From contig OZ242010.1 in NCBI GenBank assembly GCA_965204745.1, positions 2,720,001 through 2,784,000 on the forward strand: a stretch of DNA of 64,000 nucleotides, written 5' to 3'. This stretch comes from Candidatus Latescibacterota bacterium (GTDB taxonomy: Bacteria > Latescibacterota > UBA2968). Below are positions 47,897 through 58,490 of the stretch, piece after piece (the first letter of the stretch is position 1; each line of letters opens with the position of its first letter). Below the pieces are notes generated by a model. The model saw only the letters and a list, made by a program, of their open reading frames with translations, did not search any database and had not been told where the DNA came from. The position numbers and the translations under genes are program-made.

Positions 47897-50611
47897 TCAC
47901 TTCCCCTCCCCTTGCGTCAAGATCTGTTTCCACGAATCCAGTTTGACAAGGGCTTGGATCGGCGTGAGGTGGGCCACGTCTAAGTCGCGCAGTTCGGACA
48001 GCATGGGGTGGTCTTTGAGTTCGACTCGCACGTCTGTTGCCGGGGCGAACAGGGGAATTTGTTCGTTTTCCCGCACCCGGTCCGACTGCGGCGGCAAATC
48101 GGCGTGCTCGCCGTCGCGGTCGGCACTGCTCGGTTGTGGCCCTGCTGGCGAACCGTTTTGGCCCGGCTTTGGCCTCACGGATAGGTCGTTTTGCTCGAGC
48201 CTGTGCAAAATCTCTTTGGCCCGCGCGATCATCTCTGCGGGCATGCCGGCCAGCCGCGCCACTTCGATGCCGTAGCTGTGATCGCATCCCCCCGGCACTA
48301 GGCGGTGCAAAAACGCGATGGTATCCCCGGTCTCGCGCACCGCAACGCTGTAATTCTTCACCCGCGGCAACAAATCCTCCAATTCCGTCAATTCGTGGTA
48401 ATGCGTTGCAAACAAGGTGCGCGGCCTGAGATGGGCCGCATCGTGCAAATGCTCGGTCATGGCCCAGGCAATGCTCAACCCGTCGAACGTGCTCGTCCCG
48501 CGGCCGATCTCGTCCAAGAGCACCAGACTCTTGGGCGTGGCATTGTTCAAAATATTCGCGGCCTCGTTCATCTCGACCAAAAACGTGCTCTCGCCCCGAG
48601 CGAGATTGTCGGACGCGCCCACCCGGGTAAAAATGCGATCCACCACGCCGATGCGCGCATTGCGGGCCGGCACAAAACTGCCGATTTGCGCCAACAGCAC
48701 AATCAGCCCGACCTGCCGCAAAATCGTGGATTTCCCGGACATATTGGGGCCTGTAATCAGCAAAATCTGGTCCGCATCGCCATCTATCGTCACGTCATTG
48801 GGGACGAACTGACCGCCCGGCAACAACTGCTCGACCGCGGGATGCCGGCCTTCGGCAATGTCGATCCGCACGCCGTCCTCCACGCGGGGACGCACGTAAT
48901 CATTGGCAGACGCCACCTCTGCCAACGTGCCCAGCACATCCACCGCGGCCACGGCCAAGGCAGTGCGCTGTACGGGTTCGACCCACTCGGCCACCTTTTC
49001 GCGCAGCGCGGCGAACAAATCGCGCTCGAGGTCTTTGGCGCGCTCGTCTGCGCCCAAAATTTTCGCCTCCCAATCCTTCAACTCCGGCGTGATGTACCGC
49101 TCTGCATTGACCAGCGTTTGCTTGCGGACAAAATACTCGGGCACCTTGTCCTGATTCGCCTTTGTCACCTCGATGTAATAGCCAAACGCCTTGTTGTAGC
49201 CCACCTTCAAAGACGCGATGCCGGTTTTCTCGCGCTCGTCTGCCTGCAAATTGGCGACCCAGTCGCGCCCACCCGAGGAGATCGCCCGCAAGTCGTCTAA
49301 TTCTTTGTGATAGCCGGTTCGGATGTACCCGCCATCGCTGGTCTGCGCCGGGGGATCGTCTTCGAGCGTGTGGGCGATCAGGTCGATGAGTTCGGTCAAA
49401 TCCGGCATGCCGTGGTCGCGGGCGCGCACCAGCAAATCCGCCTGAAAAACGCGCAGGGTTTTTCGCAGGGGCACGACCGCTTCCAAGGATCGGCGCAAAG
49501 CCACGAGCTCGCGGGGATTGGCCCGGTTGCAACATATTCGGGACATCAGCCGCTCGAGATCGCCCACGCGGCGCAGGGCCGTGCGCGCATCGTCTCTGTC
49601 CTCCGGGGATTCGACAAATGCCTGCACGGCGTCCAACCGCGCTTCGATGCGCGGCACATCCACGAGCGGTTGCGACAGCCAGGCGCGCAGGGTTCGCGCA
49701 CCCGGCGGGGTACGCGTTTGGTCCAAAACCCCGAACAGCGTGCCCTCGCGCCGGCCGTCTTGGATGGTGCTGATCAACTCCAAATTGCGCTGCGTCACCA
49801 AATCCAGTTCCATCGCGGCCTCGGTGCGTTCGCGGGCCAAGCGCGTCATGTGCGACACCGCGCCCTTTTGATTCTCGTACAAATAACACAGCACCCCACC
49901 CGCAGCGCGGATGCCAACGGTGAGATCGTCGCACCCAAAGCCCTTGAGCGAGGCCACCTTGAAGTGTTCTTTCAACGTGTCGTACGCGTAGCGTTGCTCG
50001 AAGTGCCAATCCTCTAGTTGCGTGAGCAACGCGCGCGGCACTTGCGCGGCGAACTCGGCCTCGTTGTCCTTGGCCCAAGACTCGGGCGCCAGCACTTCGG
50101 CAGGGGCCATGCGCGCCAGCGTTTCCCACAACTCGTCTGCCGTGCGTTCCGATGCCTTGAACATGCCGGTTGACAAATCCGCGACTGCCATGCCCAGTTG
50201 ATCCCCGCCCACAAAAATGCCCACGAGATAATTGTTGAGCTTTTGATCGAGCAAATCATCGGACATGACCGTGCCCGGAGACACCACTTGCACCACCTCG
50301 CGGCGCACCAATTTTTTGCCCTTTTGCGGGGGCTCCATCTGCTCGCAAATCGCCACCTTTTTGCCGGCGCGGATGAGCCTCGCCAAGTACGTATCCAATG
50401 CGTGATGCGGCACGCCTGCCAGCGGGATACTGCTGCCGCCGCGGCCGTTGTTGCGCGCGGTCAACGTCAAGCCCAAAAGCTGCGATGCCACGACCGCGTC
50501 GTCGTAAAACGTCTCGTAAAAGTCGCCCATCCGAAACAGCAAAATCGCATCCGGGTGTTGCTCCTTAAAGCGCATATACTGCGCCATCGCCGGGGTCAAT
50601 TTTTTTGTCAT
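47897..50611 (-). CDS. mutS: DNA mismatch repair protein MutS
   Basis: TPAMAQY, FRMGDFYE, TGPNMSGKST, STFLVEM, LDEIGRGTST, ATHYHEL, SYGIEVARLAG. Confidence 0.98.
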   Translation of the reverse strand: MTKKLTPAMAQYMRFKEQHPDAILLFRMGDFYETFYDDAVVASQLLGLTLTARNNGRGGSSIPLAGVPHHALDTYLARLIRAGKKVAICEQMEPPQKGKKLVRREVVQVVSPGTVMSDDLLDQKLNNYLVGIFVGGDQLGMAVADLSTGMFKASERTADELWETLARMAPAEVLAPESWAKDNEAEFAAQVPRALLTQLEDWHFEQRYAYDTLKEHFKVASLKGFGCDDLTVGIRAAGGVLCYLYENQKGAVSHMTRLARERTEAAMELDLVTQRNLELISTIQDGRREGTLFGVLDQTRTPPGARTLRAWLSQPLVDVPRIEARLDAVQAFVESPEDRDDARTALRRVGDLERLMSRICCNRANPRELVALRRSLEAVVPLRKTLRVFQADLLVRARDHGMPDLTELIDLIAHTLEDDPPAQTSDGGYIRTGYHKELDDLRAISSGGRDWVANLQADEREKTGIASLKVGYNKAFGYYIEVTKANQDKVPEYFVRKQTLVNAERYITPELKDWEAKILGADERAKDLERDLFAALREKVAEWVEPVQRTALAVAAVDVLGTLAEVASANDYVRPRVEDGVRIDIAEGRHPAVEQLLPGGQFVPNDVTIDGDADQILLITGPNMSGKSTILRQVGLIVLLAQIGSFVPARNARIGVVDRIFTRVGASDNLARGESTFLVEMNEAANILNNATPKSLVLLDEIGRGTSTFDGLSIAWAMTEHLHDAAHLRPRTLFATHYHELTELEDLLPRVKNYSVAVRETGDTIAFLHRLVPGGCDHSYGIEVARLAGMPAEMIARAKEILHRLEQNDLSVRPKPGQNGSPAGPQPSSADRDGEHADLPPQSDRVRENEQIPLFAPATDVRVELKDHPMLSELRDLDVAHLTPIQALVKLDSWKQILTQGEGK

Positions 50612-50825
50612 AGCATCACCTCTTGTATCTTAGCGGTCAGCACATCTATTGCCCTGGGGTGGCAGGGTGGGGACTGACAACTGACAACTGCCTCTCTTAG
50701 GGCGAGCATGGGGACACGCCCCTACACTGCTCGCCTTTGAACTGGCTAATCGTCAGTTGTACCCCTTTTGTGCCTTTTGTGCCTTTTGTGGCTAAAATCC
50801 CCTCTTGCGTCTTCCCTCTTCCCTC

Positions 50826-51392
50826 TCACTCCCCCACGGCTTTGCGATACGAATAATCGAACAGCAACTCCCATTCGCGCAGTTGGATTTTTCGGCAGAG
50901 CGCGTCGTGTGTGGAACGGCCTTCGAGGGCATCGGCGCACAGATCGACATAAGCCGCCGCATCCCAGCGCGACTGCGTGGTCAAAAACGCCGGCGCGTCT
51001 GAAACCTTGCTCGCCATGAGGGTCGTTGCTCGGCACAACTCGTCAAAAATGGGATGATCACCCACGCGGGCAAACCAGTGTTTTGAATTGGAAAAATCCG
51101 GTTCCCGGCGGTGCATGATGCCGTGCCAGTAACTTCCGGTCGGGGTGTGAATGCCTTGGCTGATGGTGTGGGACGTGTCCAAGTAATTGTGGTACAACCA
51201 CGCCCCGGAAATGCAGGCATTTGCCATATCTTCATCCACGACTGTTTTTCCGGCAAACGCGGCCTGCACGTTCAGCGCGTCGAGCTGGGGCTTTGCCGCG
51301 GCATTTTCTTTGCCGCCATCCAGCGGATTCAACCGCTTTTCGGAAATCAACGTTGCAAAAACATCGCCATAAGCACTTGCGTCAAAAGACAT
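50826..51392 (-). CDS. Conserved hypothetical protein
   Basis: RBS AAGGAG; YWHGIMHRREPDFSNSKHWF motif; normal coding composition. Confidence 0.7.
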   Translation of the reverse strand: MSFDASAYGDVFATLISEKRLNPLDGGKENAAAKPQLDALNVQAAFAGKTVVDEDMANACISGAWLYHNYLDTSHTISQGIHTPTGSYWHGIMHRREPDFSNSKHWFARVGDHPIFDELCRATTLMASKVSDAPAFLTTQSRWDAAAYVDLCADALEGRSTHDALCRKIQLREWELLFDYSYRKAVGE

Positions 51393-51729
51393 TGTGTTGC
51401 TCCTTTGGTGATAGTTGGCGCGAAATTCGCTCTCTGTTTAGACATGTGAAAATGTTTGCCGTGCGTCAAGGGTTTTTCGGAGTGGTCAGCGGTCAGTAAC
51501 AAAAAAACAAGTAGGCGATGCGGGCGTTGTTTCCCTGTTGGGCAGAGGTTTTGCGCGGTTCATGGCCTTCTCCCGTCTTGCCTCTTACTTGGGGATAGGG
51601 CTTGCGGTGGGGATGCGGGGTAATCCGCGCAATCCCCTAATCCGTTTAATCCGCGATTCAGACACGGTGGGGCGGACGGGCACGCACGGGCGGAGGAGTG
51701 AAGCGGTTGGGGATCCCCCTTCAAATTCA

Positions 51730-51757
51730 TTGACATTCCCACCGCAAGTTCTATCTT
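51730..51757 (+). promoter_or_regulatory. Putative sigma70 promoter
   Basis: TTGACA-16 bp-TATCTT upstream of the gene at 51840. Confidence 0.4.
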
Positions 51758-51839
51758 CTGAACGGGTCGGCAATCGCAATCACCATCGCTTTAGGCCCTT
51801 TGTTTTGCTGACCGACAGGGGCCACAACGGGAGATAATC

Positions 51840-52601
51840 ATGAAATTGGGCATTGTGACGTATCAAATCGGCAAGGACTGGGATGTGCCCACCATCATCG
51901 CAACTTGTGACAGGCTCGGTTACAGCGGGGTCGAACTGCGTACCACGCATGCTCACGGCGTGGAATCAGACCTCTCGGCGGAGCAACTGCGGGATGTTCG
52001 CAAGCAATTTGAAGATGGCGGGATCGAAATCGCGGGCTTGGGCACGGCGTTTGAATTTCATTCGGACGATCCGCGTGTGGTGCGCGAAAATATCGACGGC
52101 ACGATTGAATACGCCAAACTCGCCGCGGATCTGGGGTGCCCGGGCGTGAAGGTGCGGCCCAATGGCCTGCAAACCGGCAAGGGCATTTCGGTTGAACAAA
52201 CGCTGGAACAAATCGGCACATCCGTGCGCGAGTGCGCGAGTGCAGCGGCTGATTTGGGGGTGCAAATTCGCGTGGAAGTCCACGGAAAAGAAACGCAAAA
52301 ACCCGCGTATATGCGCGCCATCATGGACCACGCAGATCACGACAACGCGTACGTGTGCTGGAACTCGAACTTGGGCGAGGTCGAAGCTGGAACCATCAAA
52401 GCCAACTTTGACTTGCTCAAACACAAAATCGGGCTGGTACACATCACCGAGTTGTGCAACGCGGCTTACCCCTGGCGCGAGCTTTTCGCCCTGCTCAATG
52501 CCGAGGGCTATGCGGGCTATACCCTCGCCGAAATTCCCGCCAGCCCAGATGCCGAGCGGCTGTTGCAATACTACAAGGCGTTGTGGGAAGCGTATCAGTA
52601 G
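51840..52601 (+). CDS. Sugar phosphate isomerase/epimerase (xylose isomerase-like TIM barrel)
   Basis: GYSGVELR, VEVHG, VHI, GY.G...AE. Confidence 0.8.
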   Translation: MKLGIVTYQIGKDWDVPTIIATCDRLGYSGVELRTTHAHGVESDLSAEQLRDVRKQFEDGGIEIAGLGTAFEFHSDDPRVVRENIDGTIEYAKLAADLGCPGVKVRPNGLQTGKGISVEQTLEQIGTSVRECASAAADLGVQIRVEVHGKETQKPAYMRAIMDHADHDNAYVCWNSNLGEVEAGTIKANFDLLKHKIGLVHITELCNAAYPWRELFALLNAEGYAGYTLAEIPASPDAERLLQYYKALWEAYQ

Positions 52602-52722
52602 TCAGTAGTCAGTCCGCCCTTCCCATCCCCCGTAGGGACAGGCCCTTGTGACGATCCTCTTATGACACGCGCTTGGCTTAACCGCCTGTCCTCATATCAT
52701 TCGCGTTTATCGGTGTTCTCAT

Positions 52723-53430
52723 GTGGTTGCTTTGAGCATTCAAAAAAAAATTTACGCCCTCAGACGCGAACTCGCCGCGCGGTATCAACTCGGCGAAGAA
52801 CGACACAACCTCTGCGGGCGCAAAATATCCATTACTTGCGTTGAAGATGCCGAAGCCCTGTTCGGCAAATTGGTCTGCGCGGATCCCGAAAGCCTTGACG
52901 TGCGAGACGAGCGACTGCCCTATTGGGCCACCTTGTGGGATTCCGCACTCGTTTTGGCAGATGTGTTGCTCTCGGATCAGGTGCTCGCGCCGGGCGAACC
53001 CGTGCTCGAACTCGGCTGTGGCTTGGGCTTGGTTTCGGCGATAGCCTGCCTCATGCACGCGCGCGTCACCGCCACGGATTACCAGCCGGACGCGCTCAAA
53101 TTTACGCAACTCAATGGGTTGCAAATCGCCGGCATCGCGCCCCGGGTGACGCGCCTCGACTGGCGTGCGCCGCCGCAAAATCAACGCTATCCCACCTTGT
53201 TGGGCGCGGACCTCGTTTATGAACCCCGATTTTTCGATCCGCTCATCGCCACATTCGACGCCCTTCTGATGCCCGAAGGGCGCGTTTTGTTTTGCGAACC
53301 CAATCGCCTGGTGGGCGAGCCGTTTTTTGATCGGCTGTCCCAGGCGGGCTGGGCGTTCACGCCAAGCACCGAGCGCGAGAACGCGACGGTGTATGAGATT
53401 CGGAGGAAGGCAAGAAGCGGGAGCATGTAG
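52723..53430 (+). CDS. SAM-dependent methyltransferase (Methyltransf_16/METTL21-like)
   Basis: PYWATLW, VLELGCGLG, ATDY, LDW, GADLVYE. Confidence 0.85.
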   Translation: MVALSIQKKIYALRRELAARYQLGEERHNLCGRKISITCVEDAEALFGKLVCADPESLDVRDERLPYWATLWDSALVLADVLLSDQVLAPGEPVLELGCGLGLVSAIACLMHARVTATDYQPDALKFTQLNGLQIAGIAPRVTRLDWRAPPQNQRYPTLLGADLVYEPRFFDPLIATFDALLMPEGRVLFCEPNRLVGEPFFDRLSQAGWAFTPSTERENATVYEIRRKARSGSM

Positions 53431-53470
53431 GGGCGTGGCCCACTGCATTAAAGCGTTTCAGCGCGGGCCT

Positions 53471-54478
53471 TCAACTTATCCCACCCGTTTTTTGAAAAAG
53501 TTCTCGCGCTAACCATTCGATTCGCTCGCGTTCAGACAGGGTTTCCACGAGGTGCAATGGCAGGGCCGAGGGGCCGAGGTACAGGCCGCTCAGGGTACCG
53601 GCCACGGCGGCGAAAGTATCTACATCGCCGCCCGTGGTCAGGGCGCGGGTGACAGTGGGGATGAACGCGCCCTGGGCGCGCAGAAACGCCTCTAAAGCCA
53701 CGACGACCGTGGATGGGGCTTCGCTCGGGATGGCGTCTTCTCTTTTCGCTTCGGGCATCTGCTGCATGGCGGCCCACGCGTCGTCTTCGTCTATCGCTAG
53801 CAAGGCGCGTACCTGCCCGATCAACGCGCCTGTGGCTTCGCAAATCGGTCGGGCCGACCACTCCGCCACGTCCAAGACCTCGTTCACATCCAGGGGGCGA
53901 TGCGTGACCAGATGCCCCACCACATGCGCGAGTGCCACCGCAGGCGCGACCGCACGCGGGTCTTTGTGCGTCACCCAACTCGCGGTCAGCGCGTCTTCCC
54001 GAATGTCCTCGCCCGTTGCCCAGTGCCACAGGCCCACCGGCGCGATTTTCATGACCGCGCCATTGGTGGGCTTGTCGCGCGACGCGGCTTCGGACCACGC
54101 CACCCCGCGATCCAAGCGTTCCAGTGTTTCCCGAAAAGCCCCGCCATAAGAATGCAGGTTGCCTTCCCGCCACATGTCCAAGAACCGCTCGGCCATAGCC
54201 TTGGGATCGACCTTTCCACACGCCAAAATCGACTCGACCAGCACCAGGGTCTGCTGCGTGTCGTCCGTGTATTCCCCGGCAGAGAGCGTCACCTCGCCCA
54301 TCCGATTGACGCGATCTCGGTACCGGTCCGTCAGGCCATCGACCGCCAAAATCCGCGGTCGCGTCCAGCCCTCGCAAAAGCTACCCAGCGCATCGCCAAT
54401 CGCGCCGCCCAACAGCGCGCCCACGAACAAATCCTCAACCTCGACATCTTCCGTTTCTTCTTCCCAGTAATCGGTCAT
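53471..54478 (-). CDS. ADP-ribosylglycohydrolase
   Basis: GAIGDALG, YTDDT, NGAVMK, TH, GGDVDT. Confidence 0.9.
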   Translation of the reverse strand: MTDYWEEETEDVEVEDLFVGALLGGAIGDALGSFCEGWTRPRILAVDGLTDRYRDRVNRMGEVTLSAGEYTDDTQQTLVLVESILACGKVDPKAMAERFLDMWREGNLHSYGGAFRETLERLDRGVAWSEAASRDKPTNGAVMKIAPVGLWHWATGEDIREDALTASWVTHKDPRAVAPAVALAHVVGHLVTHRPLDVNEVLDVAEWSARPICEATGALIGQVRALLAIDEDDAWAAMQQMPEAKREDAIPSEAPSTVVVALEAFLRAQGAFIPTVTRALTTGGDVDTFAAVAGTLSGLYLGPSALPLHLVETLSERERIEWLARELFQKTGGIS

Positions 54479-54568
54479 AACGCAATCCTCAAAAAATGAA
54501 CCTATCCCCTAACCCCCTCGTATCTTCGGGCGAACACGGGGGCATCGCCCCTACACACTGATCGCCTC

Positions 54569-55573
54569 TCACTCCTCCCACGCATCCACCGCGTTGCGAA
54601 ATGCCCGAATGTGATCGGGCGTGGTGCCGCAACAGCCGCCGATCAGGAACCCACCCGCGTCTAACAATGACCCCACGTACCGCGCCATCTCCTCCGGCCC
54701 TTGGGAATACGACGCCTGTTGCGTGGCGCGATCCAGCGTGGGCAGGCCCGCGTTGGGATAGGCCATCAGCCGCTTGTTTTCCATGCCGCGATCCGCAAGG
54801 GCGCGGTGCATCTGCCCGGTGCCCTCAATCGCATAAGGCATGCCCGTGTGCGCGGTGTTGCGCGTTTCCGCGCCGCAGTTCAGGCCAAAAAGTTGCACAT
54901 GCGCGATCAAATTCTCGCCAGTTGAAAATTCGCCACTCGCCAGCGCGTCCAGCACATCGGCCGGGGAAAAGCCCCAATCCGTGCGGTAAATCACCGCGCC
55001 GGTTTGCCGATTCCGCGTCCATTTGTACGTCATATTCACGGCGATAGGCAAGCCGGTTTGCCGCGCAACATCCACGGCTATCGCGGCCTCCTTGGCGGAA
55101 AATTGCGTTTCGATGACAAAAAAATCGACCCCGCCCTGGGCCAAGGCATGGATCACGCGCTCGTGGGCTTCGCGCACATCCGCGTTGGGAATGCCGAAAT
55201 CCGTATCGCCTGCGTCGGCTTCAATCGCGCCGGGGGATGGGCCGATGGAACCGCCCACATACACCTCGCGCCCGCTTTCTTCAACGGCGCGGCGCGCGTG
55301 TTGGGCCGCCAAGCGCGTCAGGTGCTCCGCGTCTGCGTCGCCCGCATCTGCCATCGCCAAGTGCAGGGGAGACGCGACAAAGGTGTTCGTGCCGATGGCA
55401 TCTGCGCCCGCGTGGATGTACGCGCGATGCACATCGACCACCGCGCCCGGATGCGACAGGTTGGCTATCGCGCTGTTCGTGAGATGCACGCCGCGCGCAA
55501 ACAACTGCGACCCAAATCCCCCGTCGTAGAGCATGGGGCGGTCGTCTGCGAGGCGCGTTGCAAAAGACATCAT
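54569..55573 (-). CDS. Stand-alone homocysteine S-methyltransferase (MetH Hcy-binding) domain
   Basis: DGGFGS, AGAD.I.TNTF, GSIGP, IET, GLNCG, YPNAGLP, GGCCGTTPDHI. Confidence 0.88.
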   Translation of the reverse strand: MMSFATRLADDRPMLYDGGFGSQLFARGVHLTNSAIANLSHPGAVVDVHRAYIHAGADAIGTNTFVASPLHLAMADAGDADAEHLTRLAAQHARRAVEESGREVYVGGSIGPSPGAIEADAGDTDFGIPNADVREAHERVIHALAQGGVDFFVIETQFSAKEAAIAVDVARQTGLPIAVNMTYKWTRNRQTGAVIYRTDWGFSPADVLDALASGEFSTGENLIAHVQLFGLNCGAETRNTAHTGMPYAIEGTGQMHRALADRGMENKRLMAYPNAGLPTLDRATQQASYSQGPEEMARYVGSLLDAGGFLIGGCCGTTPDHIRAFRNAVDAWEE

Positions 55574-57474
55574 CCGACCATCCTTTTGAACTGACACCCT
55601 TCGACAAATGCGTCAAAAAAATCCGGCGTCGTTTCCAACTCGACGTGCTCGATCCGCCTGACGACGCGCTCTGCCTTGGCGCGGCGTTTTCGGGACACCA
55701 AGACCTCGCGTGCGCCCAAGATCGCGGCATTGCCCACCTTTTCGATGCGCTCGGGACGCACGGGTGCGAGAAAACCGATGTCAATCGCATTTTGCACATT
55801 GACGTAATTCGCAAACCCCCCGGCCAAATACAAGCGGTGGATCTGCTCTGGGCGGATCCCAAATTCGCGCATCACAATCAACTGCCCGCAGTAGTTCGCG
55901 GCCTTGGCCTGCGCCAAATTGCTCGCGTCTTCGCGGGACAGGGCAATGTCGTGCTCGGCCACCACCGGCAATTCAAATTGCTTGCGGTTCGCAAACGCGC
56001 CCTTTTCCGTCATCAACTCGTGCCGCCGCAATTCGGCCAGCAAATCGATCAGCCCGGACCCGCACAAGCCCAGCGGCGCGCTGTTCCCAATCGCACGGTA
56101 CTCAAACCGGCCGTTCTCCCACACCCCGGATTCGATGGCGCCATCTCGCGCGGGCATGCCGCAGGTGATGCCCCCGCCTTCAAATGCCGGGCCTGCCGGG
56201 CACGATGCCGCCACCAACCGCTGTCGGTTGCCCACCACCACTTCGGTATTTGTGCCCACGTCCATGAGCATCACCACCTCGTCTTGCCCGCCCATGCCCA
56301 CGGCCAGCATATCCGCGGCCACATCCCCGCCTACGTGGCTCGCGATGAGGGGCATGCCATAGACCCGCGCTTTGGGATTGGCCCGAATGCCCAACCGCCT
56401 GCTGCTTTCGCACAGGGCTGTGGTGGCGCGTTTTCCCGCCAAATACTCGTGTTCAATTTGCGACTTGTAGGGCTTTTGCCCAATGCTTTGTATGTCGAGC
56501 CTGAAGAACAGATCGCGCATGGTGGCATTGCCCGCGACGACAATTTCGTAAATTTCCTGCCGCACAAAGCCCAGGGTTTCCCCAAGCCCGAGAATCTCGG
56601 CGTTGATCGCATTGACAAGGGCTTTCCACAATTCGTTGGGATGCGCGCCGTCGTAGGAAATGCGGTACATCACATCGCTGCCGCCAAAGCGTTGGGGATT
56701 TTCAAATGACGCTATCGCCACGCTCTCGCCGGATTCCAAATTCACCAGATCCATCACAACCGTCGTAGTGCCGATGTCAATCGCCAGTCCATAGACATGC
56801 CCCCGAAACCGGTCGATGTCCTCCCCGTCGTAGAACACGCGGTCCCCGCGGCGCGTCACCACCGGGTCGAAGTCCAGCTTCTTGGCCGGACTCAAGGTCA
56901 AAATTTGCGGCGCGCGACGCAGGGGCGCAAACCCGATCTCCGCGTCCAAATCCACCACCTCGGCTTGACACGCGAGGCGGTACTCGTCCTGCAAGAAGGA
57001 CTCGGCTTCGGTTTTGGGACACAGGGCGTCCATCCCGGCGGTGATTTCCACCACGCACTCATGGCAAATTCCGGATCGGAAACACGATGTTGGCACGCGA
57101 ACCGCGAGGTCGTCGGCATAGTCGAAAATCGTCTTTTGCCCTACGAGGGGTTGCACCTTGCCCGCGTGCGCGATGTGACCCCTGCCCTTTTTGGTCGCTT
57201 TGAGCGCGGCTTTTGCGGCGGGATAGGCGTCTGCGTCCGTTTCCCAAGCCGTGCGATAATCAAGTTTGTCGTCGCTCGCGCATTGAAAAAGCACCCGGTC
57301 GGGTGCTGGCTTGCGCTGGTATCGGCAGCCAAATTTGGCCGTGCATTCATCGTTCTTGTCTTTGTACGGGCAGCGCGTCAGGGCCTGTTTGTCCGCGTGT
57401 TGAACCATATCCGCGAAAATCTCGGTCATGCGATCCAACCGCTGTCGATAGGCTTTTGGGTCTATTTTTTTCAT
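55570..57474 (-). CDS. ASKHA-type ATP-dependent corrinoid reductive activator (RACE/DUF4445) with 2Fe-2S domain
   Basis: C...GICHEC...RLACQ; DIGTTT, NPQ.FG.DV, DVGTNTE, GPAFEG, GLCGSG, AGGF, GNAA. Confidence 0.88.
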   Translation of the reverse strand: MKKIDPKAYRQRLDRMTEIFADMVQHADKQALTRCPYKDKNDECTAKFGCRYQRKPAPDRVLFQCASDDKLDYRTAWETDADAYPAAKAALKATKKGRGHIAHAGKVQPLVGQKTIFDYADDLAVRVPTSCFRSGICHECVVEITAGMDALCPKTEAESFLQDEYRLACQAEVVDLDAEIGFAPLRRAPQILTLSPAKKLDFDPVVTRRGDRVFYDGEDIDRFRGHVYGLAIDIGTTTVVMDLVNLESGESVAIASFENPQRFGGSDVMYRISYDGAHPNELWKALVNAINAEILGLGETLGFVRQEIYEIVVAGNATMRDLFFRLDIQSIGQKPYKSQIEHEYLAGKRATTALCESSRRLGIRANPKARVYGMPLIASHVGGDVAADMLAVGMGGQDEVVMLMDVGTNTEVVVGNRQRLVAASCPAGPAFEGGGITCGMPARDGAIESGVWENGRFEYRAIGNSAPLGLCGSGLIDLLAELRRHELMTEKGAFANRKQFELPVVAEHDIALSREDASNLAQAKAANYCGQLIVMREFGIRPEQIHRLYLAGGFANYVNVQNAIDIGFLAPVRPERIEKVGNAAILGAREVLVSRKRRAKAERVVRRIEHVELETTPDFFDAFVEGCQFKRMVG

Positions 57475-57475
57475 T

Positions 57476-57514
57476 GCTAACAATGACGTTGGTGTCAAAA
57501 ACGAAGCGGCTCAT
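57476..57514 (-). pseudogene. N-terminal stub of a PIN toxin
   Basis: ATGA overlap with the antitoxin stop; reads MSRFVFDTNVIVS and then meets the ATG of the ASKHA gene. Confidence 0.7.
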
Positions 57515-57735
57515 TTCTCATCCAAGATGGACTGCAAAATTTCTGGCGTCAGACCGCGTTGTTGCGCGCTACGGCTGATTTCCGACATGATCTCACGCAG
57601 TGATCTCCCGGACTCTATCGCATCGCGCAAACGCAAATTGATGAGCAAATCCAGTTTGCGACGCTCGGTGTCCGAAGCCGAACGATAGGCATGCGCCACA
57701 GCGGAATCAACCGACACGGTTATGAAGTCTGCCAT
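57511..57735 (-). CDS. Small antitoxin-like protein (paralog of 21542-21772)
   Basis: ITVSVDSAVAHAY...RRK...SLREIMSEI..AQQRGLTPEILQSIL. Confidence 0.65.
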   Translation of the reverse strand: MADFITVSVDSAVAHAYRSASDTERRKLDLLINLRLRDAIESGRSLREIMSEISRSAQQRGLTPEILQSILDEK

Positions 57736-57737
57736 TG

Positions 57738-58490
57738 CTATTCCTCCCATTCCCGCAACAACTGCTTTGCCAATTCCACGCACGCGAGGGCGTTTTCGCC
57801 GTAGCCGTCCGCGCCCATGTCGTCGGCAAATTCCTGGGTGACGGGCGCGCCGCCCACCATGATTTTCACGTCGTCTCGCAAATCCTCGTCGATAAACGCC
57901 TCGATAGTCTTGCCCATATTCGGCATGGTCGTGGTCAGCAATGCGGACATGCCCAACAAGTTGGCCCCGTGTTCTTCCACCGCGTCGATGAACTCGTCTT
58001 CGGATGTATCCACGCCCAAGTCGTGAACCACAAAGCCCGCGCCGCGCAGCATCATGATGCACAAATTTTTGCCGATATCGTGCAAATCGCCCTTGACCGT
58101 GCCCATGATCACCGTGCCGACGGGGTCGATGCCAGACGCGGACAAAATGGGTTCGATATGCGCCATCCCGGCTTTCATCGCGCGCGCACACGCCAGCACC
58201 TCGGGCACGAAAATAAAATTCTCCCGAAACTTGATCCCCACGATGCCCATGCCCGCGATCAAGCCGTCGTCCATAATCTCCAACGCGCCCACGCCGTCGT
58301 CCAATGCTTCTCGCGTCAGATGATCCACATCGAGATGCGCGCCGTCGATCAATGCGGCGGCAATGGCCTGCATTTCGACGCTCGCCCGCGAGAACGAGGC
58401 GATATTGCGCTGAATCTCATCCGGGCGTTCCAAAAACTCCTCGATCTCCTCGCGGATAAACGCATTTTGAATATCGCTCAACTCAGCCAT
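57738..58490 (-). CDS. Corrinoid (B12-binding) methyl-carrier protein
   Basis: Cap domain GLIAGM..VG..F; GTVKGDLHDIGKNL, DLGVD, MSALLTTT, MVGGAP. Confidence 0.93.
   Translation of the reverse strand: MAELSDIQNAFIREEIEEFLERPDEIQRNIASFSRASVEMQAIAAALIDGAHLDVDHLTREALDDGVGALEIMDDGLIAGMGIVGIKFRENFIFVPEVLACARAMKAGMAHIEPILSASGIDPVGTVIMGTVKGDLHDIGKNLCIMMLRGAGFVVHDLGVDTSEDEFIDAVEEHGANLLGMSALLTTTMPNMGKTIEAFIDEDLRDDVKIMVGGAPVTQEFADDMGADGYGENALACVELAKQLLREWEE

Noticed and set aside
57736-58191. Long version of ORF 57511-58191
   Set aside because: Shadow of the corrinoid gene; only 57511-57735 looks coding.
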